NCBI RefSeq assembly: GCF_001194135.2
Contig: NC_068983.1
Coordinates: 36,954,807-37,018,806, forward strand
Length of the DNA: 64,000 bases
Direction: 5' to 3'
Source of the DNA: Octopus bimaculoides
Taxonomy: Eukaryota
In this document: positions 37,745-50,781 of the stretch, piece by piece
How positions within the stretch are numbered: position 1 is the stretch's first letter
Layout: each line of letters starts with the position of its first letter
Position numbers and translations under genes: made by a program
The notes under the pieces: generated by a model
What the model saw: only the letters and a program-made list of their open reading frames with translations
What the model was told of the DNA's origin: nothing
The model's database searches: none

Positions 37745-38230
37745 ATTTTTCTTAGTTTTCTCATGTACAGCAAATCACCACAACTCCTGGTCCCTTGTCA
37801 TTTCCTCAGTGAGGTCCAGTATCCAGCGATTCTTTCTCACCACTTTTTCTTGGGTCTACACCTTGCACAGGTTCCCTCCACAATTAGAGCTCAGCACTTC
37901 TTTATGCAGCTGTCCTCATCCATACACATCACATGATGAGACTAGATCAATCTTCTCTCTTGCACACATCTGATGCTTCTTATACCCAGTTTTCGTCTTA
38001 AATCTTTTACACTCTGTTGCACATGCACACTAACACTACCCATCCAGTGGAGCATACTAGCTTCTTTTCTTTTAAGCCTTTGCAAGTTCTCTGTAGTCAA
38101 ATCCCATGTTTCACTGCCATGTAACATAGCTGTGCATACACAGGCATCATACAACCTGCCTTTCACTGAGAGAGGCCCCTTAGTTACCAACAAAGGTAGA
38201 AGCTCTCTGAATTTTGCCCAGCCCGTTATT
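37745..38230 (-). mobile_element. RTE-clade LINE, RT C-terminal fragment
   Basis: GWAKFRELLPLL...KGRLYDACVCTAMLHGSETW...LRRKLGIRSIRCVQERRL.RWYGHVM. Confidence 0.85.
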
Positions 38231-40748
38231 CTACTTTCAAAATTGATCAAAGCAAAGGCAATGTATTTCGACAAAAATATAGTAACAAATAGGTTAACTT
38301 CCTAAATTTTAGGATAACTGGTTCACCCTCAAAGGTTTTGGGTTCTTATAGTGACACATTTGTATTTTCTTTTTATATCATTTCTCTGTAAACAATGACA
38401 TTATTACAGGTTTTCAATACATCAATCTCTGGTTCACTGTATTTCCATGGTGAGTGTGACAAGGGAGTGTTTGTACTGTGTTGATGACAAGGGTGGAATA
38501 AATACCACAAAGTATTTTTGTTCAAAAGCACTTCTTGGCATTTGTTTTTCAATGACTGTCTGTATATTTTCTCAATACACACACCACCATCACTGTTATA
38601 AATACACACATATATTCAATAACAACATAGGTCAAGTCAGGTATGGAACCAACACAAGCCATCAACCCAGCCGGATCTTCAGTGAAGAGAACACAATAAG
38701 CTGGGTCTAACTTGGAAAATCAAGCAACAAGGCCATACAATCTGAACTGCATCATACAAGCAACAGGACACATCCCAGTTTCATCCCATCGGTTAGACAC
38801 AAAATCCAACCAATAGTAAATTCATAATCCTGTGAAGTATTCTGGTACCAAAGAAGTGCAGTTGACTCCTGATGGTCCCAAACAGTATAAATAACAACGT
38901 AGAATGTATAAAATATATTATTACAAAATAGTGATAACAGAAACTGAAATATAGATAAGTCCACAGTAAACGGACTTCCTGACAATGATTTTCATTGGTT
39001 TATTGTTTAAATGAAATTATGTATGGCCGATTGGTTTGAATGTTAGACTTATGATGATAAAGTTTAATTCCTGGACTAGGCACTGTACAGTGTCTTTGAA
39101 TAAGACATTTTATTTCCAGTTTATTCTGCTGTTAAACGGGTACCTGTCCAGTGGTGCTGGTGCAGTATTTTCTCCCTCCAGCTGTCACAGACTCAATGTT
39201 CTGCCAAGTCAAAAGTATTAAGGCCAAGAGAGTATCTCTATGTCTGCTCATGACAACCTTGAAGGGTTTTAGCTGAACAAATTGCCCCAAGTACTTATTT
39301 TTTTAAAGTTTAGCACTTTCAAACTGCTAATTACAGAGTTACAGAAATGTAAACCAACCAACAATAACCATCAAGCAGTGGTAGGGGACAAACACAAAGG
39401 CACACACGCACACACATTTATATATATATATATATATATATATAAGCTTTTTTCAGTTGCCATCAAGCAAATCTATGGTTCTCATAAAGACGACAACCTT
39501 CTACATTGTAAAGATGAACAGCCACTGTATTAGATCACTGATCAGATGCTGAAATTCAATTAAAACTTAACAATCCAAACATCTGAACTGTAGATTATCC
39601 CAAATTATTCCTAATCATTCAGTGTTCCACAAGTTTGTCAGCTTTTCAAATATCAAGAAATAAAGTTTAAATGCTGTCCAACTGGACACTTTGACACCTT
39701 TTAGAAGCTAAAGAAGCTATTTAACAACAATAACCACTTCACAGGTAAGCAGAACAAAAGCTTTTTGACTTTTGTACAATTATAAAACATCTAAATTACT
39801 CAGTAATGATGTGTGTGACTTGATAGAACTCGTTGACAGAGACACTAATTAGTGGTTGTCAAATGTAGACACTTGATGCTTGGATGGCTTTAAATGAGGA
39901 AATGTAATCAATATATGTAAAGTTGATTAGGAGAAACTGTAACAGCCAACAACAGCTCCACGGACCATTGTTTATGTCTTTTAATTCTTGGTTAGCATGA
40001 ATGGTCTGATCTGGTTGGTCTAGTGTGGTCAGTCCACTTTGATCCGTATGCGGTTAAAAAAATAGTAAAAATATTTGGAGAAAGGAATTCTTAATGCTAA
40101 CCACTTGCATTGTCGATTCAACGTGTCTTTTTGAATACAGACTCCCTAGATCTGAACCTATGACATTAACCCTTTTTATACCAAACTACTTGAGCCCAAC
40201 CCTAGTTCCATGATAAAGCATTCCTGTTTTAATCCATTAGTATTTAAAATAGCCACATCTGGCCCAAGTAGTCCTCCTGTTTTATGTTCAAACTTTCTAT
40301 AATCAAGCCAAGATAACTTTCTATTTGGTTATCTAACCTGCTAGAAATAGTAGCCAAATTGCCTTTAAATTGTCTCCAACTATCATAAATAAGGTAAGGA
40401 CATAGAAAATGTAATGCTGGCTACATAGCTGTAAAAAAAAGAACAAAAAATGGCTGATCACATCAGGAATACCTTTGACCATAGATCTATTCTACCTAGG
40501 GTTAAACAACAGTTCCTTACAACCAATATTGACTCTTTAATTCCTTATGGTCAGTAGAAACTCAATCTAATTCCTTATGATCCCAACATCAGTAGGATGT
40601 TAGGATCATAAGGAATCTGAGTGCTGAGGGAGGTGGCTTTATACCAGGTAATGAGAGGCCAAAGAAAAATTGAAGGACATGTACAGGTGTCTTGCTGTAT
40701 GGAGATACACGGTTACTGTCAGTTGAATTTTGCTCACAAAGCTTTGTT

Positions 40749-40829
40749 CAATTCTCTATAATATGCCAATCTCTATATCCAATTCTCTATAATATGCCAA
40801 TCTCTATATCCAATTCTCTATAATATGCC
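40749..40829. repeat. 31-bp minisatellite, 2.6 copies
   Basis: CAATTCTCTATAATATGCCAATCTCTATATC repeated exactly at 40749, 40780 and 40811 (partial). Confidence 0.9.
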
Positions 40830-42110
40830 TGTATTGAAATAATCAAACTGAGTATGTCTTCCCTGAGGAAAATGGCACAGCTCCCATGACTTTCGGAAAC
40901 ATTTTTTCAAACTCAAAGTTGAAGCATGGAACAAACTACCTGCATCAGTTGTTAGTTGCAGAGACATTGCATCCTTTAAAACCTCCATGCTTCCTGAAAT
41001 TCACCAACACTACACATGATATCCCACCCCACTTCCATACGCATGCACACATGTATATCATGACTCATATACTGTTCTCTTTCCTGACTTTTGTACATAA
41101 TTCTATGTACTGTACATGCACCTTTGATGAGTTGTAGTGCACCTGAGCACTACACACAGTAATTTCATATTATTATTATTTAAAATAAGTGACTGCAATA
41201 AACTATGCTTGCACACATAGCTTATTACTTTACACATTAACAAGATCCTTTAACTATTATAAAATGCTAAAAAAAAGAAGAGAGGATTTATCGCTACAAA
41301 AATGTATTTACCTTTTCCTCAAGATTTAGAATGATTTTTTTCATGAAAATTTAAATAACATTGTGCTGATGCCACATAAAAAGCACCAGTGCTGGTGCCA
41401 TGTAAAAAGCACCTAGCACAATTTGTAAAGTGGTTGCTGTTAAGAAGGGCATCCAGCCACAGAAAGCATGTCAAAACAGACAATGATGCCTGGTGCAACC
41501 CTTTGTCTTGCCAAATCACTCAACCCATGGCCCCATGAAAAACATGATGAACTATAAAAATAGTTCTGTTTTCTTTAATTTAGAAACATCAATGGACTTC
41601 ATCTCCAAATATTCAAATACTGGCAAAAGAGGTTCTTGAACAAACTCTCATTTGCATTTCATATCCTGATTGTATAACCTTGAATAGCAGCTTTGTTCCC
41701 CTAATTCAGATGTGTCCAAGGAATTACTGAATTCATTTATCATGGAAACATCCCAAAAGATATTTTCTCTTTCTGAAATTGAATTTTTTCTTTTTTGAAA
41801 CTGCATTATTTTTCTTGAAAAATTACAAAAATAAAAAAGTAAAATTAAATGAAAATAAAGATATAAACAGATTAAACATACATCAATAGGTTAGTAAATA
41901 GATTTGGCTTTTATTGGTGGTTAAAGAGAAAAAAAAAAAAAAACTAAATATTATTTTAAAAATGAGGTGATGAAATTTGTTGATCCCAACTGTAGGTTTT
42001 GAGAATACCACAGCCAGAGCCTGCTTAACCAGGCTCAGTAATTAATGATAAACTATTTATAAGGAACTAATTCCTTTGGATTAATGTCAGCAAGTTTTGA
42101 AGTGATGATT

Positions 42111-42490
42111 TCAAATAGAAAGAGTATTTATACTAGTTGTAGCAGAAGAACTAATGCTAAGTGATGTGGGGACTTCACTTGTAGCTGCTGTAGTAACTGT
42201 TGTAGGGGTGGTAGCTCCATTGTCAACTGAAACATTTAGAGATACGGTAGATGCAGAACTAGTTGCAGTCAGTAGAGAAACAGCAGTACTGGAAGATAAT
42301 GGAGTTGTCGGGCATTGCAAAGGTTGTGTTAAAACATCGTCGCATTCTTCCATTTTCAGAATTTCATTCTTGTATTTTAGTATTGTCTCTTTGCTTTGTT
42401 TTAAGCGTTCATTTAATTCAGCTATTTCATAACGGATTTTATTTTTAGCATTCAAGATATTGTTGACTGTCTTCTCTCGTTTTTCTTCAA
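42111..42490 (-). CDS. YEATS4: YEATS4 last coding exon (coiled coil plus Ser/Thr-rich extension)
   Basis: Acceptor ttttccttctttacAG, phase 1. [16 protein letters not shown] matches the GAS41 coiled coil. Stop TGA at 42113-42111; AATAAA on the - strand at 41915-41910. Confidence 0.93.
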
Positions 42491-45400
42491 CTGTAAAGAA
42501 GGAAAAGTTTACATCAGGTTTACAGAGAAATCCACAAAACAGTTTAACATTTACATTCTACATGTTTTATATCAGGCACAGGCAAGGCTGAGGTACAGTT
42601 AGAGCTGAGTCACAGGGTGGTGGGGCCACAGGCATAGTGGCCACAGGTTGAGGCATGAGCATGGTCAAAATGATTTTAAAGATAGAAATTTACGAGCTTC
42701 AGCCACATTTTTCATTTGTTTTACATGACCTTACTTAGAGGAAAGGGAGTCCCCATGACCCTTTCTAAGGTTTCCAAGATGGACAGGAGGAAAGGAGGAA
42801 GTTATTCACAAACCAGAGATATTGCAAAATTGCTTGCAACAGAGTGGATTCTGATAAAAAATATCCAAGGATCAAATGATGGTGTCTATCTGTGAAACAT
42901 CAAGTATGTATCACACAAGAACAGGAAGAGTCATTTAAAAGGTTTCCAAACAGGCATTACACATCATAATTCAATGTCTGTTTTCCATGCTGGAATGGGT
43001 TGGGCGGTTTAACAGGAACTGATGAAACAGAAGACTGTACCAAATTCTAGCGGTATGGTTTCTAAGGCTGGATACCATTCCTAACACCATCCTCTTTACA
43101 CAGTGTACTGGTTGCTTTTTTCACATGGCACTGGCACTAGTGAAGTCATCGAATAACACACAAGACTCAGTGGGGAGCAGTACTGAGGGAGGTGGCTTTA
43201 TACCAGGTAATGAGAGGCCACAGACAAATTGAAGGACAGGTACAGGTGTCTTGCTGTATGGAGATACATGGTTACTGTCAGTTGAATTTTGCTCACAAAG
43301 CTTTGGTCAAGCTGAGAGTATGGAAAACATACTCAAAGTGCTGTGCAATGTGATTGAACATGGAATTATTACATCAAATCTATATGAACTGTTTATATAC
43401 AATGCCTCTACCACTCACCAAACCTATACATCATTTACATATCTATCACATCAGATCAATCATCATCATCATCATCATTTAACGTCCGCTTTCCATGCTA
43501 GCGTGGGTTGGACAATTTGACTGGGGACTGGTTGACCAGGAGGCTACACCTGGCTCCAATCTGATTTGGCAGAGTTTCTATAGCTGGATGCTCTTCCTAA
43601 CGCCAACCACTCCGAAAGTGTAGTGGGTGTTTTATGTGCCACCAGCATGAGGGCCAGCCAGGTGGAACTGGTGACGGCCACACTCGAAATGGTGTGTTTT
43701 ACGTGCAACCTGCACAGGAGCCAGTCCATCGGCACTGGCAACGATCTCGCTCAAATGTCTTCACGCGCCACTGGCACAAGTCCCAGGGAGGTGACGTTGG
43801 TAACGATCAACGGCCACGCTCAAGCCTCCTCCATATCAAATTTATATGCCATTTATATACATCCACATCAAATCTATATATCATTTATATACATGCTTCC
43901 ACTATTTCCAATCAACAGGGTGTCCACAAACTCTGGGTACATGGGGATTAACACATACTTTAAGAAATTATTATTTCTTATATTTAATTGTTTATGTTAT
44001 GATTTTATTTACTCCATGTACCCAGACTTTGTGGACACCCTGTATATATCATTTATAATATTTCCCCTATATCAAATTAATGTCATTTATATACAATACT
44101 TCTATCACATTAAATCCTTATGATGTTTAAAATAGCTGAGATATTTTCAATATTTGAGAGCTTAAAAGAAACTGCTGGCAAATACTTACAGTCATTTTCA
44201 TGGCGATACGTCCCCATCATAATGGGACGAACATTGGTTAATAATTGGTGCATCATTTGGGTTGGATCTTGAAACATCTGCAACAAAGGAATCAACAGAA
44301 ATGAAACAGAGAAGTTCTCTTCGAAGTATAGTCATAAACGATGTTGAAATTACTTATTATTATTATTGTGAGAGAGCTGAGTATGCCATCAAAGTGACAC
44401 TGGGGTAAAATATACAAATCCCAGTATACCCATCATAACTGCCCGTTTGATAAGGGTACACCAGACACATGCATCACAACCATACGTGCACAACATGGTG
44501 ATCTCAATACAGCACATGACCTTGCAGGTGGGGCCCGGTCAGAATTTTCTTCAGGTCTTTTCAGAATTTTTCTTCAAGTAGCCCATCCCACTCAAATGGT
44601 CCTTGAATAAGGATTGTTTAAGGATGTTGAATGAAACACCCATGTTTTCAGAGGTGAATTATTCAAACTCTAAAGAATTCCTCTCAACACATGGCTATGA
44701 TGCTCTCCCACTATTTTTATTTGTGATCAGAGATGCATATATCGTCAGCCACCAAAGGACAAGCTCAACTAGTTAAGGTCAAACAACTGACAAGCAAATC
44801 TGTGGAATTGAGCAGAATATTTGCTGTAGCCCATCTTTATACCAAAACAAAACAATGTACATGATAACACTTCCAACATAGGAAACAAACATATGCATAC
44901 ATTCATATACCTACACACACACACACACACGCAAACGCTTTGGTGTCAGCCTGGAGAAGACACTTGCCTAAGGTGCTACAATTTAACTCAACCTAAAACC
45001 ACGTAGTTGGGAAGCAAACCTCTTAACTAAGTGCACCTATCCAACACTTGTACCTAAGATTAAATTGAAAATTATTTAAAATACTATCATAATATGCTTG
45101 AAGTTTTGTAGTATGTGTAAATGAGATGCTTGTAAAAACTTTAGGGAATTGTTTTCTGAATTATTATAGGCTCATTAAACAACATACATAGGATAATACC
45201 AGACCTTTTCTCTTTGTTTTCATTCATCGACATCACCTTACGTTTTTTGCTTAACTCCTCATCTGCATTATTTGTGGTTTGCTGTGACAGATACCCTAGT
45301 TTTAGAATAGATAATAGATGCACTGTATTCCTGCCTGATGCAAGAGGGGGCTAACAAGAAGGTAGGTAACAAGAAGGGCATCTGACTGTAAAAACATCAC

Positions 45401-48400
45401 CTAAAAATTGGTAACTATGATGAGTATGATTAAACTGTCATGAGACCCACAAGACTAATAATCCTAATTGTTGCAAAGAAAATAGCCTTAAAATGTTTGC
45501 TGTACTGATGGGAAATATAGACTTACCAATTCATCATAGAATTCACAAACTAATGATTTCTTTCCCAACATAATGTCTGTCTCACTTTGGAATAATTTTA
45601 ATAAATGATACAGTGTCACCTGAAAGAAAAACAGAAAAAGAGAGAAAAAATATTAAAAAAATATAAAAAATATAAAAAACAATAGAACGGTGTGATTTGG
45701 TGGATGGGGATGGAAAAAAATTGAAAAGGATCTTTCAAAGTACTGTATTTTAACGTATAAGGAACCCTTTTTTTTGGTCAAAAATTAAGTTAAAAAATAT
45801 GGGAGTTACATGGATAGTATTATAATCCCTTACAAAACCTTTTTTTTCCAAATTTTAAGCTCAGAAAATTAAGGGGTTCTTTATACACGAGGGTTCCTTA
45901 TACACGTTAAAATACGGTAATCTGTCTTATGAAATCTGCATCAACCGAAATCTAAAAAATTAAAAACACCTAGCAGGATTTCAGTTAGTTTTAATAACAG
46001 CTAAGGACACTTCATACATGACAGAATGGTCTACTAATAGGGCAGGTTAATAAATATGTTTCCTAATGTTAACCACTGGAATATTATTATTAAATGATAC
46101 AAATTTTCAAAAAAGGTTCTTTGAACAAATTACTGGACCTCATAAATTCTGTGCCATGTAAAAAGCACCCTGTACATTCTATAAAATGGTTCGTGTTAGG
46201 AAGGATATACAGCCATAGAAACCCATTCCAAAACAGACAATTGGGGCCTGGTGCAGCTCTCCAGGTGTTCAGTTCCGGTCAAACTGTGCAACCCATGCCA
46301 GCATGAAAAACAGACATTAAATGATGATGATGATGATGGACATATCAGAAGAGTTAACTGCAATTATAATAGCCATCTATATATCCTGCTTAATTACAGT
46401 TAAAATACTATAGTTTTTGTCCAAGATAAAATCTCTTATAGACATGCTGTCATAAAAAAACATGACATATTGAAGGAAGACATAAAACTGACTTGGCAGT
46501 GGCAAGAAAGAATACCAGATGCATCTTTGTCTTCTTGAGCATTGTCAATGAAGTGTTCTTGTTAGTCACATGCCTTAGATGAAATGTGTTGCTTCCTATA
46601 TAGGAAACACTGAATAATGAATAACTGCCAGGCTGTATAAAAATCTGGTGTACACACTCAAAACAGCATTAAATTAAAATAGCCAATAAAGCAAGAAGGC
46701 AACAAAGCATCAATGTTCTCCCTAGCCACTGTCAGGATGATTTGTCATCTTCCTGCAATAAATATTGTGTATTTTAACACAGCGCATTCATAACAGTATA
46801 GAGGAAGACCACAGTATCTTAGTATCTTGCCTGTCAATGGTGTATATATGTTAAATATGATACAAAGTAGGATATATTAATTTAATATTGCTTCAATTGC
46901 ATACAAAATATTTTTAACACCAATTATACCCAAGGGATAAAAATCATTTCTCAAGAACTACAAGGAATTGTTTCCAATGTTAGACCATTTTTCCGGGGTT
47001 GATATAATCAACAATAAATTCAATCAAATGTGTGACCTCATGGCCAAGTTAAAAATCAATATTATAATCAAACGTTCAGCAGTGACCTCAGTGAAATTTG
47101 ACAATCTCGAAGACTATTCTATTTGTTCTAACTGACCTATTCCATGACTACTGAGTGTAGTAATTTTGTTAACAAAAAAAAAACACAGCCACCAAATGAC
47201 ATGGGAGACCACCCTGCTTTACTTAATTCATCGCTTCAACAAGACACCTGCTCCTGTTCCTCTATTATACTTTCATATTGCACAATAGTATACTCCACTC
47301 AGTTGAGGGTTCTTGTCTTGTGAGTACTTGGTGACCTTACCAATATTGGTGCCATGAAAAAGCACCCAGCTGTAGAAACCATACCAAAACAAACAGTGGA
47401 GTATCCAACCCATGCCAGCATGGAAAAGGGACATTACATGATGATGATGATGATAGCAGGCTATTTCAACATCATCATATTTTGGGATGATCTCACCGTC
47501 AATAAAGACATCAGTTGTGGCTCGTTCTGGGTTTGGTTATTTTATAAATGGTGTGCTTCTTAGCAGTATAGCTTTCCTAGTATACAAGAATGCTAAAGTG
47601 TTAGACCAATTATGTAAATATTACTGCAGGTGTGCTGTGTGGTAAGAAGCTTGCTTCCCAACCACATGGCTCCAGGTTCAGTCCCACTGTGTGACACCTT
47701 GGGCAAAAGTCTTGTTATAGCCTGGAGCTGACCAAAGCCTTGTGAGTGGTTTTGGTAAATAGAAACTGAAAGAAGCGTGTCGTGTGTGTGTGTCTCCCAC
47801 CAATATTTGACAACTGGTGCTGGTGTTAACATCCCTGTAACTAAGCAAGAGACCAATAGCATAAGTAACAAGGCTTAAAATTTTTTTTTTTAAATTAAGG
47901 ACTCCGGTTGATCCATTCAACTAAAAATTCTTCAAGGCATTGCCCCAGGATGGCCACAGTCTAATAACTGAAACAAGTAAAAGATAAAGCTTATCATTTA
48001 GTTCAATTCAATTTTAGGCTGTCTCCAACCCATTTTTATAGCGTTTTGCTCCAAATGTATTCTAATGTTTCTGGAGTTTTATTTCTATGTAAACATAAAA
48101 AGAGGAAAGATAATATTCTTCAGTATTGAGAAAAACTGCCACTTTTCTCAACTGAATTTAATAACTTTCTCTCTAAAAGCAGGGAAATAACTTTGTCTTG
48201 CTTTGTTTTACAACATGAGTAATCAACAAACACAGACAGAACAAGTGAAATAAACTATGAAAGTTACCAGTAGTTAAACATTAAACAATATTAAATCTGG
48301 CAATGATGGTTTTTATCAGTTATTAATACTATTCCCATGGTCCTTTGTTGCTTAATGCAAGACATACCAACAATATACCACTACTATCATTTCATTCAGA

Positions 48401-50726
48401 CAATTAGGCTGGAAGGGTCATGAAACACTAATGGACTTAGGAAATTTACAAATATCTAAATAATCCTAATACGAGTAGTGTATTGTTGGTAATGGTAGAG
48501 ATGGTGATGATAGTGATTGCTGATAAAGGCAATGAGAATGGTGGTGATTATGATGAAGCTGATGATGATATAGCTAAGTCAACTTTTTAGAAGTAATGGG
48601 GGAGGGAGACAAGAATGTTGCTGATATTTTACTTACAGGTCTTTCATTACTGTCATTGAAATAAATCTTAATAACCACTTCAAATTCACCCCATCCTGTT
48701 TCTGTGACTTCGTAGGGAGGTTTTGTAACAACTGGAAAAGAGACAAAATATCATTTACAAACAGCCAAGCAAAGGCAGACATAAGCAGTCAACAAGAGAT
48801 AAATACAGGTTTGGTTGTGGGGTTAAGATGTTTACTTTGCCACTGTACGATTCTAAGTTCAATCCCAGTGCCTTAGGCAAGTATACTACTGAATCTACAA
48901 TGTGTTTAGAGAAGTTCCAAACATGTAAGCAGACCATAGAATTGAAAAGTCTTGAAGTAAATTTCTGAAGTTTTGTGACGTAGAAAAGAAGATTGGACCT
49001 TGCTAACATCAGGGAAATAGTTGTGCTTGAAACGGAGTAAATACAAACTCCATATAGTATGCCCAATGTAAGTTATGGACACATAAAAGTTGAAGTGGAA
49101 TCAGAGACAGATTAATGGAGAAGGCAGACTTTGTATAAAACAGATTCATAGGTGCAAAACCACACATGAAATGAATTCTCTTTAATGTGATGGATGGATG
49201 GATGGATGCACAACTATGTAATATGCTATAAGAATCGGTGCATGAAACCAAAATACCCTGTGGTGTCACATTCCACCCTGACTATATCCTTTTATACATT
49301 ATTTACATTTGACGGATAATTGTCATCTTGTTTGTTGTTAACGCAACATTTCGGCTGATATACCCTCCAGCCTTCATCTGGGCATATGGCGTAGTGGTTA
49401 AGAGCGCATGCTACTAACCCTAAGATTCCAAGTTCGATTCCAGGCAGTGACCTGAATAATAATAACATTGAAAAATACCTTAGGAATGAGAAACCAGGTT
49501 CAAAATTTCCCCCAAGATACCTAATGAAGGCTGGAGGGTATATCAACCAAAACGCTGTGTTAACCCATCCAGCTCACACACAAATTTACATACCCAATAT
49601 CTATATCAAGTTTTAATGCAATTAGTGGTTGCTATGAAAACAAAATCACTATTTCTGAATGATTGCTGAAACACAAAGAATATAAATTGAAAGAATACCT
49701 CTGTTTTGATTTGGATAACTTTCATGTAATTTAAAATGAACCTTTTTCACATAATTTGATAAATCCTGAAAGAGAAAGTAAACAATATTAAAACTATATT
49801 AATACTTTACATAATTTATAAAGCACTGACAAATATTAGAGATATTAATTTCATTTTGAAAAATCTAAAATTATTAGCTTTTTCTTTTTTTTCATGTCTT
49901 CATTACCAGATAATTAATCCTGATTACTGAAAAACTTAAAATGTTGCCATATCATAATCATCTTCATTTAACATCCGTTTTCCATGCTGGAATGGGTTAG
50001 CTTCGGTCAAACCATCAAACCCATGCCAGTATTGAAAATGGACATTAAACAATGATGATGATGAGGAGGAGGAGGAGGGGGGGGGACAAAAGTTTTAAGT
50101 TTTACAGCAATCAGGATTAATTATTTGGTGATGAAGACAAAACAAAAAAAATCTAGGTGCAGGTGTGGTAAGAAGTTGGCTTCCCAACCACATGGTTCAG
50201 GGTTTAGTCCCACTGCATGGAGCCTTGGACAAGTGTCTTCTATTNNNNNNNNNNNNNNNNNNNNNNNNNNNNNNNNNNNNNNNNNNNNNNNNNNNNNNNN
50301 NNNNNNNNNNNNNNNNNNNNNNNNNNNNNNNNNNNNNNNNNNNNNNNNNNNNNNNNNNNNNNNNNNNNNNNNNNNNNNNNNNNNNNNNNNNNNNNNNNNN
50401 NNNNNNNNNNNNNNNNNNNNNNNNNNNNNNNNNNNNNNNNNNNNNNNNNNNNNNNNNNNNNNNNNNNNNNNNNNNNNNNNNNNNNNNNNNNNNNNNNAGT
50501 GAAAGAAGCCCAGCTAGTACCGTGTGACTGGCCCTCGTGCTGGTGGCACGTAAAAGCACCCGCTACACTTTCGGAGTGGTTGGTGTTAGGAAGGGCATCC
50601 AGCTGTAGAAACTCTGCCAGATCAGATTTGGAGCCTGGTGCAGCCATCTGGTTCGCCAATCCTCAGTAATATCGTCCAACCCATGCCAGCATGGAAAGCG
50701 GACATTAAACGATAATGGTGATGATG

Positions 50727-50781
<55 letters not shown>

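Noticed and set aside
39470-40140. Degraded LINE or Penelope coding fragment
   Set aside because: Stops in all frames and no motif I could assign confidently.
40749-40829. CRISPR-like array
   Set aside because: Contiguous tandem units with no spacers, in a eukaryotic context.
45141-45323. [19 protein letters not shown] as an extra YEATS4 cassette exon
   Set aside because: Exons 5 and 6 already join exactly as in GAS41, and the splice sites for a 45-nt cassette are weak.
46670-46760. Intronic hairpin as an H/ACA or C/D snoRNA in YEATS4 intron 4
   Set aside because: An imperfect stem can be drawn on the - strand, but there are no properly placed H/ACA or C/D boxes.
49380-49452. tRNA gene (also at 5330 and 36402)
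   Set aside because: A and B boxes are present but there is no complete cloverleaf, and the sequence continues into SINE bodies.
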